Assembly: GCA_963822585.1 (NCBI GenBank)
Contig: CAWGIE010000047.1
Span: 64,001-128,000 of the forward strand
From: an uncultured bacterium
GTDB taxonomy: Bacteria; Auribacterota; Erginobacteria; Erginobacterales; Erginobacteraceae
Length of the DNA stretch: 64,000 bases
Direction of reading: 5' to 3'
The notes under the pieces were generated by a model, which made no database searches, had not been told where the DNA came from, and worked only from the letters and a program-made list of their open reading frames with translations. Positions 42,606 through 52,081 of this stretch are shown piece by piece (the stretch's first letter is position 1; each line of letters opens with the position of its first letter). The position numbers and the translations under genes are program-made.

Positions 42606-43034
42606 TAAGTACTGTCATTGCGAGGAGCGAAGCGACGAAGCAATCTCTATTCACGATAAAAATTATAATCAAATCCAGACAGGACGCCAACGGCGTCCCA
42701 CATTTAAGCCCGGGGTGCAACCCCGGGAATAAAGCCAAGCACAATCCCCTCTCCCCCCAAGGGGGGAGAGGGTTAGGGAGGGGGGTTGAAGATTTTTCGA
42801 GTAAGGTATAATTAACGAAATTCGCAGTTCATAAATGGGGCCGAGGGAGGGGGAGGTAATCAATATAATCCGTGTAATCTGCGAAATCCGTGGACATAAA
42901 AGGGGCCGAGGTGGGGGAAGCCATTGGTGTAAATTCGTGTAATTCGTGGTTTCTAAACGGGGGTGAGGCGGGGGAGCAAGTCCTATTCAATCACATCCAA
43001 TTCGTCTGTTAAATTAAAGGGTCCGAAGTAGGGT

Positions 43035-46000
43035 ATGAAAGCCCGCGCCACAACCTCATTCATGAGCATCCGGACCGAGGGATCCATCCTCCCCGCCGAC
43101 CTCCTCCAGCGGATCGCGGAGGGCACGGGACTGGAAGGGCTGACCCCGCAGGATTATCACCTCCCGGAAGGGGAGAAACTGAACGAGGCGATCAATCGCT
43201 CCTGGTTACGGGTCCTTTCATACTGGCGGACCTTCCGCTCCCATCTCGGAAAACTCCCTCCCGAGGATCAGACCGCCACCAGCCTTACCCGGGAACGCTG
43301 GCTTCTTCCGCTCTTCCAGGAATTGGGATATGGGCGTCTTCCGGCTCAGCGTCGGTCGTTCGAAATGGACGGCGAAGAATTCCCGATCTCACATCTCTGG
43401 GGATCCACGCCGATTCACCTGGTCGGCGCCCGTCTTGAGATCGACCGGGTGGCCCGGGGCATCCCGGGAGCGGCCAGGGCCGCCCCTCACAGCATGGTCC
43501 AGGATTTTCTCAACCGTTCCGACGAACATCTCTGGGCCTTCGTCTCCAACGGCTTGAGACTCCGCATCCTCCGGGACAATCTGAGCCTGGTCCGGCAGGC
43601 GTATGTTGAATTCGATCTCGAAGCGATGATGGAGGGAGAGTTTTACCCGGACTTCGCCATTCTCTGGCTTCTCTGCCATCAGTCCCGGGTTGAGGCCGAA
43701 CGTCCCGAGGAGTGCTGGTTGGAGCAATGGTCGCGAAAGGCATCCGAGGAAGGGGTCCGCGCCCTGGAACAACTCCGGTCCGGCGTGGAAGAGGCGATCG
43801 CCGCTCTGGGCCGGGGATTTCTGGCCGGGAGAGGAAATACCCGGCTTTTGGAACGTCTGCGGGACGGATCGCTCGATAAGCAGGATTACTATCGCCAGCT
43901 CTTACGATTGGTTTATCGTCTGGTCTTTCTCTTTGTTGCCGAGGACCGCGATCTCCTTTTTGCCCCTGACGCCGATCCCGCGGCACGGAAGCGATATGCG
44001 GATTATTTTAGTACCCGGCGACTTCGTGAGATCGCCCGGAAAGTTCGGGGCGGCTCGCACCCGGACCTCTGGGATGGTCTCAAGCTCCTGATGCGGGGCC
44101 TGGGAAGCGACGAGGGGTTGTCGGAACTGGGCCTCCCGGCCCTCGGGAGTTACCTCTGGAGCGACGATGCCTGCCCTGATTTGATGGATGCCGTACTCCC
44201 CAATCGGGAGCTGCTGGAAGCGATTCGGGCGCTCTCCGTCATCACTGTCGGAGGCAAGCGCCGGGTCGTCAGCTATAAGAACCTCCGTTCCGAGGAATTG
44301 GGATCGATCTATGAAGCTCTTCTTGAATTGCACCCTGTGCTCAATCCACAAGCCGCTGCTTTTAGTTTAGAAGTGATCGCCGGTCACGAGCGGAAACTAA
44401 CCGGATCTTATTATACCCCCGAGTCGCTGGTTCAGAGTCTTATCGAGACCGCCCTGGAGCCGGTGATTGAGGAACGGCTGAAAAGCGCCCGAGAAAAAGC
44501 CGAAAAGGAGAAGAGCGGAGCAGAAGAAGATGGATCATATGCCCGTATAGCCGAGGAGGAACTCCTCTCGATCAAAGTCTGCGACCCGGCCTGCGGTTCC
44601 GGCCATTTCCTAGTAGCCGCCGCCCACCGCCTGGCCCGCCATCTGGCCCGTGTCCGTTCCGGGAGCGTCGAGCCCCCGCCGGACGTAGTCCAGCGCGCGC
44701 TCCGGGATGTGATCGGGCATTGTGTCTATGGAGTGGACATCAACCCGATGTCGGTCGAGCTCTGTAAGTTCGCTCTCTGGATGGAGGCAATGGAGCCGGG
44801 GAAGCCGCTTTCTTTCCTTGACCACCATATCCGCGTCGGCAACAGTCTTCTCGGCGCAACGCCCGATCTCATCGCCGCCGGTCTCCCGGATGAAACCTAT
44901 ACGCCAGTTGAAGGCGATGACCGTGAAGCCTGCGCCGCCCTCAAGCGAATCAACCGCGTCCAGCGTGATGCTTTGCGTCACCTATTCGTAGCCGAAGACA
45001 ACGCGATTCGGGAACGACTGCGCCAAGCTTCGGCGGCGCTTGATGAGATGGATGATAGCAAACCCGAGACAATAAGAGTGAAGGAAGCCGCTTTCCGTTC
45101 TGCTGAATCCAACTACGATTTTCTCAAGGCCCGGACATTGGCCAATCTCTGGTGCGCCGCCTTTGTGATTAGAAAGCGATTCGCGGAAAACGCTCGTATC
45201 ACATCAGCCATCGCCTCTCCTGCCGTTGAAGCGGTTTCGGCCTCCACGCCTCTCCAATTAGGTTTATTCGGCGGTACCGAGGTAGCTCCGAAGATCAAGA
45301 CAAAACGTGATCGTCCTCTTCGACACTCGCCGATCGATAAGCCTATCGGCATCACTACGCAACATCTTCGCGATTTCATCGAAGGCGGCGTATTACCTGA
45401 GGGTCTTCTGGATGAGGTCCAACGCCTCACAGTCCACTACCGTTTTTTTCATTGGCACCTCGCCTTCCCTGAGGTTTTTCAACCATTGGAAACCATTGCC
45501 CTTGATAATTCTATCGGTCGGATAAATGGGTTTGATTGCATACTGGGAAATCCACCCTGGGTATCATACACGGGCCGTCAGCAGGTTAAGGTGTCCCAAG
45601 GCACACTTCGCTTACTTATCGCGAGATTTCCGTGCGTCGCTCGTTGGCCTGCCTCGCATCCTGCCTTTCTTGTATTGTCAGTACAGACATTGGCTAAGCA
45701 TGGTCGTGCTGGTCTTGTGCTCCCAAAACAAGTCGCTGACTTATCCGCCTATAGTCAGGCCCGTGCTGAAGTTACCAGCATTGCCAAACTCACTGCACCG
45801 ATAGTCGATATCGGCGAGGATACTTTCCCCGGGGTCACCCAGCCCGTAGGGTTGTTTTCGATCGTCACTGACAACAATCTTAATCGACGATCTGACGCGG
45901 CTTGGCCGCTCGCCAAAGCTTCTTCCAATAAGAATACGGAGGATTCGACCATTGATGTAATCTATTCGGCTCATACAGGGTTGCCGAACCTTACAGCGTT

Positions 46001-46685
46001 GTTCACTGATAGGCCTCGTTTCGCCCCAAAGACGTTCGCTGATCCCGGTGTTCATACCGGTAATGTCTCTAGAAAGATCATTGTTGATCAAGCAGAGCCA
46101 GATGGTATGGGATATATACCCATCCGACAGGGGCGAGATATCGCTGCCTTCATATGCAGTCCTCCCAAGAAGTGGTTATGGACCATGCCATCGCTTGTAG
46201 GTAATGAATACTGTAGAATTCGCAAGCTGGAGTTGTATCGCAATGTCCCCATCCTCATTCGTCAGACAGCTAACCGCCCAATTGCTGCACGCCATCGAGA
46301 GCCTACCTATTTCCGCAATAGTATTCTGGCGTGTATGGGCGTACCCGGTATATCAGATAACATTGTTGTCGCATTCCTTAATTCTGCCTTATATGCTATC
46401 TTGCACCGCAAGTATGCACAAGATGCCAACCAGAAGGCATTCCCGCAGGTTAAAATCCGCCATCTGCGTGCCCTTCCTACAATCCCTATTGAAGCTCTAA
46501 ATCGACCATATGAAGGTCATACGTTATATGAAGCACTCGAAGCCTCTGCCCACAAAGCTGAAGTAGCTGCGCAACTTGGTGTGCCTTTGCCATTAGAAGT
46601 ACTCGAGCAGATCGAGAGGTTGGTGCTTACCACCTTTGATCTTTCCGCTGATTTAGCTCCTAAATTATTGGAGGTTGCTAAATGA
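43035..46685 (+). CDS. Large N6-adenine DNA methyltransferase (Eco57I/type IIG/DrmMI-like) with C-terminal target recognition domain
   Basis: LGSIYEALL, RKLTGSYYTP, DPACGSGHF, FHWHLAFPEVF, ILGNPPW. Confidence 0.88.
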   Translation: MKARATTSFMSIRTEGSILPADLLQRIAEGTGLEGLTPQDYHLPEGEKLNEAINRSWLRVLSYWRTFRSHLGKLPPEDQTATSLTRERWLLPLFQELGYGRLPAQRRSFEMDGEEFPISHLWGSTPIHLVGARLEIDRVARGIPGAARAAPHSMVQDFLNRSDEHLWAFVSNGLRLRILRDNLSLVRQAYVEFDLEAMMEGEFYPDFAILWLLCHQSRVEAERPEECWLEQWSRKASEEGVRALEQLRSGVEEAIAALGRGFLAGRGNTRLLERLRDGSLDKQDYYRQLLRLVYRLVFLFVAEDRDLLFAPDADPAARKRYADYFSTRRLREIARKVRGGSHPDLWDGLKLLMRGLGSDEGLSELGLPALGSYLWSDDACPDLMDAVLPNRELLEAIRALSVITVGGKRRVVSYKNLRSEELGSIYEALLELHPVLNPQAAAFSLEVIAGHERKLTGSYYTPESLVQSLIETALEPVIEERLKSAREKAEKEKSGAEEDGSYARIAEEELLSIKVCDPACGSGHFLVAAAHRLARHLARVRSGSVEPPPDVVQRALRDVIGHCVYGVDINPMSVELCKFALWMEAMEPGKPLSFLDHHIRVGNSLLGATPDLIAAGLPDETYTPVEGDDREACAALKRINRVQRDALRHLFVAEDNAIRERLRQASAALDEMDDSKPETIRVKEAAFRSAESNYDFLKARTLANLWCAAFVIRKRFAENARITSAIASPAVEAVSASTPLQLGLFGGTEVAPKIKTKRDRPLRHSPIDKPIGITTQHLRDFIEGGVLPEGLLDEVQRLTVHYRFFHWHLAFPEVFQPLETIALDNSIGRINGFDCILGNPPWVSYTGRQQVKVSQGTLRLLIARFPCVARWPASHPAFLVLSVQTLAKHGRAGLVLPKQVADLSAYSQARAEVTSIAKLTAPIVDIGEDTFPGVTQPVGLFSIVTDNNLNRRSDAAWPLAKASSNKNTEDSTIDVIYSAHTGLPNLTALFTDRPRFAPKTFADPGVHTGNVSRKIIVDQAEPDGMGYIPIRQGRDIAAFICSPPKKWLWTMPSLVGNEYCRIRKLELYRNVPILIRQTANRPIAARHREPTYFRNSILACMGVPGISDNIVVAFLNSALYAILHRKYAQDANQKAFPQVKIRHLRALPTIPIEALNRPYEGHTLYEALEASAHKAEVAAQLGVPLPLEVLEQIERLVLTTFDLSADLAPKLLEVAK

Positions 46686-47425
46686 TTCCTTGCAAACTAG
46701 TCCATGATACCGGCACTATGATCCGTTTTCGCCCGAGGCAACTTGCTGTTCTGCCGCCTGTCACCACTGACATCAATCTTCTTCTGCCTAAAGGACGGAT
46801 GGTTGCCGGTCGATTTTTGCGAAATCCTAGAAATCCCAATATTAGCGGCACGGAGCTTGTACGATTTATTAAAAGACGCATTAAATTTGGGGAGCGTGAA
46901 GACGTATTGATTGAACCACTCTCGCCTAATTATTGGGTATTACATCTAGTCAAGGATGCCTATGCTATTGCAACCGAAGCTCGTGTTATAACCCGCGTGA
47001 AGAGTGGGTCACTTCGGCTAACTGATCTTGCATCTCTTCTTGCTCTTGCCGATCGTGAAAGCAACTACGGTCGCAGGGTTAGAACATATAAGCGTATCTT
47101 GCGCCCTTCCGGTCTCCGCCGTCTTGTCATCGGCCTCGTTGGAGCGCGATGCATGGTTGAAGATTGCCAAGCATGCCAGGGATTCCATGATTACTGGGGT
47201 GCACCAAGTGATGAGGTCATAGTTGACATTCATCATATAGAAATGATGGCACGCATAATTGACCACCATCCCAGAAATCTCTGTGTATTATGTGCAAATC
47301 ATCACCGTTTAGTTCATGGGATCGGACCTTGGGTCATTCATCATGATAATTCCGACATAATTATGCGAAGAGATAGTCACGAAATGATAATCCGTCGCCC
47401 AACCACTTTCTTCTTGGTTACATAA
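46682..47425 (+). CDS. HNH endonuclease
   Basis: C..DC...DIHHI...NLCVLCANHHRLVH; 4-bp overlap with the MTase. Confidence 0.78.
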   Translation: MIPCKLVHDTGTMIRFRPRQLAVLPPVTTDINLLLPKGRMVAGRFLRNPRNPNISGTELVRFIKRRIKFGEREDVLIEPLSPNYWVLHLVKDAYAIATEARVITRVKSGSLRLTDLASLLALADRESNYGRRVRTYKRILRPSGLRRLVIGLVGARCMVEDCQACQGFHDYWGAPSDEVIVDIHHIEMMARIIDHHPRNLCVLCANHHRLVHGIGPWVIHHDNSDIIMRRDSHEMIIRRPTTFFLVT

Positions 47426-47540
47426 ATAACCAGTTCCTCGAAGACACAGTTTCAAATCTTGATTGGTAATAGATGGGGATTATATGACGGCGAAAAGCTA
47501 TTGGAATGCATTATTGAAACTATAGATAAGATGAAGCGAT

Positions 47541-47891
47541 ATGAAGACTGAATTGGGGGATATAATAGAGCGAATTAAAAGTTTCAGGGATGAACGGGAC
47601 TGGATGCAGTTTCATAATCACAAAGATATGGCTATCTCGGTTGTAATCGAAGCTGCTGAACTCCTAGAACATTTTCAATGGCAAACTAAAGAAGAAATTG
47701 AAGAGCACGTTAAACAGAATAAGCAAAAGATCGGAGAAGAGATCGCTGATATCGCGATTTACTTGATAGAGCTCGCGGATAATATGGGTATCGATCTAGT
47801 AGAAGCAATGCATAAAAAGTTAGATAAGAACGCTCTCAAATATCCGGCTGAGAAGGCTAAAGGGCGGCATGATAAATACAATAAATTGTGA
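47541..47891 (+). CDS. MazG-like nucleotide pyrophosphohydrolase
   Basis: ERDWMQFH..KD...EAAELLEHFQW...EEIADI. Confidence 0.9.
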   Translation: MKTELGDIIERIKSFRDERDWMQFHNHKDMAISVVIEAAELLEHFQWQTKEEIEEHVKQNKQKIGEEIADIAIYLIELADNMGIDLVEAMHKKLDKNALKYPAEKAKGRHDKYNKL

Positions 47892-47965
47892 CTATTGGGC
47901 GTGATAAGGTTGATTATAAGTTAATCATTGATAGTCATATGGTCTAATCAAGCTAGAGGTAAAAT

Positions 47966-48829
47966 ATGACAAGTGAAAACAATATAAATAAAGATATTCA
48001 GTACTGGAATTTGCCTGGAAATCTGGAAAATTGGAATATAGGAATTGAGAGAAAAGTCTGGGGGATGAAGTCTAAATTTTTTCAAACGTGGAATAGAATA
48101 TCTGTTGGAGATATTCTATTTTTCTATGTTAGCGCTCCCATAAAAGGAATAATTGGTTATGGTCATGTAACCACCAAGTTTATAGGTGAGTCACCATTGT
48201 GGCCTGATGAGATTGAAAAATCAGAGGTTATATATCCATACCTTTTTGAATTTGAAATTGACAAGTTGTTGGAATCTGTCCAATGGCGAAAAAGGTGCGT
48301 TTCTGTACATGACTTGAACATTGTTATCCAGAGTATTGGGAGGATACCACAGGAAAAAGCAAAAAAAATATTTCAAAGATTTGGAGCTGAATTTCAAGCA
48401 GTACCAAAAATAAAAGAAGAAAAATCCCCATACGAAAAGCTGTCTAAACATGATCAGGCAAAGAAGCTGCTGCTAGAAATAGGCAGAATGCAGGGCTATA
48501 TATCTGAGGAGGAATATCGTTTAGATGGGGAAAGACTGGATACGGTATGGAAAAAAGTTGAAAAATCAGTCCCGAAATATGCCTTCGAAGTTCAAATAGG
48601 AGGAGATATTTATCACGCTCTGGGTAAATTGAAGCATGCCTCTGATATCTGGAATAGTCAAATATATCTTGTGATTGATCAAGAAAGTATTCCAAAAGTA
48701 ACGGAATTATTAAGTGGTACTTTCCATGAGATAGCCGGGATGCTCAAGGTCCTCCAATTAGAAAGAATAGCGGAGTTGGGAAAATCCCTCTCCCATGTTC
48801 ATAAGCTAATTGAGGAATTCGGGTTATAA
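47966..48829 (+). CDS. EVE-domain protein fused to PD-(D/E)XK-like nuclease domain
   Basis: N-terminal YW..NW..VWG..GDILFFYV..KGIIG (EVE/PUA-like); C-terminal LDTVW...AFEVQ. Confidence 0.7.
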   Translation: MTSENNINKDIQYWNLPGNLENWNIGIERKVWGMKSKFFQTWNRISVGDILFFYVSAPIKGIIGYGHVTTKFIGESPLWPDEIEKSEVIYPYLFEFEIDKLLESVQWRKRCVSVHDLNIVIQSIGRIPQEKAKKIFQRFGAEFQAVPKIKEEKSPYEKLSKHDQAKKLLLEIGRMQGYISEEEYRLDGERLDTVWKKVEKSVPKYAFEVQIGGDIYHALGKLKHASDIWNSQIYLVIDQESIPKVTELLSGTFHEIAGMLKVLQLERIAELGKSLSHVHKLIEEFGL

Positions 48830-48894
48830 GAAACCGAAAACTTGTTTCATATTTCAAGCAAGTGTCATAGATACTCTCAAGTTGAAGAATAGTA

Positions 48895-49575
48895 ATGGTC
48901 AAACGATTTATAAAAAGAAGATGGTGGAAGAAAATACCTCCTGGCAAGTTATTTCAACATGCTAAAGGGGATATAGTTTGCAGCGATGCGCTTATATTCT
49001 TGAATGCACTTAAAGATAGTTGTGCAGATATAGTCTTTCTAGATCCTCCATTCAACTTAGGGAAGAAATATGGCAAGAATGGTAGCCGCCATGATCTCAA
49101 AAAAGAATCCGAGTACTTGAAATATATGGAAAAAATCATCTCTCGTAGTGCCGATATATTAAAACCTGGGGGGGCTTTATATCTTTATCATATCCCCAAA
49201 TGGGCAATTAGGCTGAGCCCTTTTCTAGAAGAAGATCTTAACTTTCGTCACTGGATTGCCATATCAATGAAAAATAGTTTCGCTAGGGGAAACCGACTTT
49301 ATCCGGCGCACTATGCGTTATTGTATTATACAAAAGGAAAACCAGCATCATTTACGCGGCCCAAAATTCCTAAACCAATTTGTGCAAAATGCAAGAGAGA
49401 CCTGCGTGATTATGGTGGCTATAAGAAATATGTTGCTAATGGCATCAATCTAAGTGATGTCTGGGACGATACTAGTCCCGTGCGTCATAAGAAATCTAAA
49501 ACACGCGTTGCCAATGAGAACTTGGGGTCGGACCACAACAACTTGTTGATTGATAGGGGATTAGCTCGAAAATAG
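48895..49575 (+). pseudogene. N4/N6 (beta-class) DNA methyltransferase, 3' truncated
   Basis: FLDPPFN and SDVWDD present; SAM-binding DPFxGSG missing; homology ends at the repeat starting 49522. Confidence 0.78.
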
Positions 49576-49760
49576 CCCCAAAAATCGGCCTTAGAGGCGT
49601 TTTCTGGCCCCAAAAAACGCTTCTAAGGCACTTTTTCTTCTCGGTTCGATCATTTCCTCCCTTTGTTAAATTAAACGCCTCCATTTCGACCGCCGGGAAC
49701 AGGAATATGCTGTCCCCTTCATCTTTCTTCAAGCTAACGAAAAAAGAAGCCAAAGAACTG

Positions 49761-49886
49761 TGCATATTCTGGGGCAAAGTAGCCACCCATTCCGCTCCAA
49801 GGTAGCCACCCATTCCGGTTTATGGTAGCCGCCTATTCCGCTCCAAGGTAGCCACCCATTCCGGAGCAAGGTAGCCATCAATTCCG
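49761..49886 (+). mobile_element. Orphan IS21-family-like terminal repeat array
   Basis: TGCATATTC start then five GTAGCCACCCATTCCG-like units at 23-bp period (49779, 49802, 49825, 49848, 49871); no istA/istB in the window. Confidence 0.65.
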
Positions 49887-49906
49887 ACTTTAAAGGAAAC
49901 AGACGC

Positions 49907-49949
49907 TTGACATGTTCACGAATTATGCTATGTTCACCAATGGGTGAAC
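49907..49949 (+). promoter_or_regulatory. Promoter and operator of the AbiE-type pair
   Basis: TTGACA with downstream TATGTT; repeated TGTTCAC and inverted GTTCACC-AATG-GGTGAAC. Confidence 0.6.
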
Positions 49950-51041
49950 GGAACTAATATCATGAACATGGAGAAACAAACAGTACAGTCGTTGGAGCGT
50001 CTGGGGGACTTCCTCCGGAAAGTGCCGACAGTGTCGGCATTTGAGATCGAACCAGAACCACGTACCGGCGACTGGCAAGTTGACGGCGTTGCTCAGGTGA
50101 AGATGCGGGGCGTTCCGGGCCGCCAGCAGTGGCTTATCGAAGTCAAAAGACGGCCGTTAGAACCACGGGAGGCCGAGTTACTGACCCTCCATCTGGCTAA
50201 GATTTGTGCAGAGAAGTGCGCCGATTATGCCATCGTAGTAGCGCCTTATATATCTCCTACATCGGCCCAGCTGTTGGCGAAGCAAGCAGTTGGGTTCTGG
50301 GATCTATCCGGAAACTGCCGGATTGCAAAAGGACCGCTCTACATTGAACGCTCCGGTTTCGCCAACCCCTTCGTCCGTAAATCCACCCAACGTTCCTTGT
50401 ACACGCCGGCCGCAGAACGAATATTGCGAGCGTTGCTCGATTCAAAGCATCAGGGACGCATATGGAGTGTCCGTGAACTCGCCGCGGCAGCTTATCCCGG
50501 AGTTAGCGTCGGGCAGGCACAGAAAATATTAAAATTACTCGAAAACTGGAAACACATCCAGCGGGAATCGGGAGCTCGCTTATTGAATGCTGAAGCCTTG
50601 CTGAAGGAATGGGCTGTGCATTACCGTTTTAATCGCACTCGCGCCACTGGTTATTACAGCATGCTGAACCCGAAGCAACTAACGGAACGTTTCAGTGAGT
50701 TAGTGCGCAACTCACCTGGTTGCCCTGGAATGCTGGCGTCATTTTCTGCCGCGGCGATATGGGCGCCTTATGTCCGCCAGTATCGGATGTTTATTTACTG
50801 GAAAGATGATCTCATGCCACTGCTCAAAGCTCTTGAATTGAAGAATGTCTCAACCGGCGAAAACGTCATCATATATGAGCCTTATGATCCAGGCGTATTT
50901 TATCCTGGTTCATCAGAAAAATTACCACCCGTCACCTGTCCAGTGCAGACTTATTTAGATTTATGCGCTGCCGCCGGCCGCGGCGAGGAGGCAGCAGAGG
51001 CCCTGTTTATGAGAAAGCTAAAAGAAGGTTACAATCAATGA
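49944..51041 (+). CDS. Type IV TA AbiEi-like antitoxin
   Basis: YISP..., DLSGNC, wHTH (SVRELAAA..VSVGQ), GENV, PVQTYLDL...GRGEEAA; real start probably a slightly downstream ATG. Confidence 0.72.
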   Translation: MNGTNIMNMEKQTVQSLERLGDFLRKVPTVSAFEIEPEPRTGDWQVDGVAQVKMRGVPGRQQWLIEVKRRPLEPREAELLTLHLAKICAEKCADYAIVVAPYISPTSAQLLAKQAVGFWDLSGNCRIAKGPLYIERSGFANPFVRKSTQRSLYTPAAERILRALLDSKHQGRIWSVRELAAAAYPGVSVGQAQKILKLLENWKHIQRESGARLLNAEALLKEWAVHYRFNRTRATGYYSMLNPKQLTERFSELVRNSPGCPGMLASFSAAAIWAPYVRQYRMFIYWKDDLMPLLKALELKNVSTGENVIIYEPYDPGVFYPGSSEKLPPVTCPVQTYLDLCAAAGRGEEAAEALFMRKLKEGYNQ

Positions 51042-51889
51042 ACGATCGGGAACATAGGTGCGCGGAAGACTACACGCCGAGAGAGGTCGAGGCGGCCCGC
51101 CGGGTCATTACTGAGTTGGCCCAGGTACTCGGTGATTTCCGAGAAGCCATGGTTCTGGTTGGCGGCTGGGTACCGGAGTTGCGTCTGTCCGAGGCGCGTG
51201 AACCGCATACAGGGAGCATTGATGTTGATTGGATTCTCAATCCCTCCAAACTTCGCGATCAGAAGTACGCTTACCTGCTCGAAACAATGGAACGTCATGG
51301 ATATCGAGCCGGTGAAAAGTCGTTTCAGCTCTATAAAGAAATTAAGGTGGATAGTGGGGACCCAATCCGGGTAGACGTGGAGTTTCTGGTCCCGTCCGTC
51401 GCCAAATTCGGCAGCCGATTGAATATCCGGAAAAACTTCCGCGCTCTCGATGCCGATGCCGGTGAATTCGCATTATTGAATAGTGAGCTAATGACGATGG
51501 AAGGGAGGATGCCGGACGGCAGGGAGAATAGGATTGAGATTTTGGTCACAAGCATTGAATCATTTCTTGTGATGAAGTCATTCGCTCTGACCAATCGCGA
51601 CAAACCGAAGGATGCATATGATATCTACTTCTGCCTGCTGAATTTCCCCGGTGGAGTATCTGGGCTGGCTGAAAGGATCCGTCCTCATATGGACACAAGA
51701 GAAGTTAAAGAAGGATTGCAACGACTTGAAAGCAAATTCCGTAGTCCTGACGATTACGGTGCTCAATCTGTGGTAACTTTTTTAAATCGTCCCGATCAGG
51801 ATGAAGGAGCATATATTGCGCGCGACGTATATGAACATGTTGATCTTCTCTTGCGAATATTGGGTATTAGATATAGGGACAAGAAATAA
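51038..51889 (+). CDS. AbiEii-like nucleotidyltransferase
   Basis: VLVGGW...HTGSIDVD, MKSFAL..RDKPKDAYDI; ATGA overlap with the antitoxin. Confidence 0.75.
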   Translation: MNDREHRCAEDYTPREVEAARRVITELAQVLGDFREAMVLVGGWVPELRLSEAREPHTGSIDVDWILNPSKLRDQKYAYLLETMERHGYRAGEKSFQLYKEIKVDSGDPIRVDVEFLVPSVAKFGSRLNIRKNFRALDADAGEFALLNSELMTMEGRMPDGRENRIEILVTSIESFLVMKSFALTNRDKPKDAYDIYFCLLNFPGGVSGLAERIRPHMDTREVKEGLQRLESKFRSPDDYGAQSVVTFLNRPDQDEGAYIARDVYEHVDLLLRILGIRYRDKK

Positions 51890-52081
51890 GGAACTGAGGG
51901 AAATGAATTCTGGGGTAGGATAAAAAAGGATCAGGGACACATCCCATAATAAGTGGAAAGAGAATATCCTTGGTAATTGCGGATTTCGGAGCAAAGTAAT
52001 CACCCATTCCTGGACAAAGAAGTATCATTAGCCATCCAGAAAATTACAAAATCATCAATTCGAAAGTAAGACTCCAGGACC

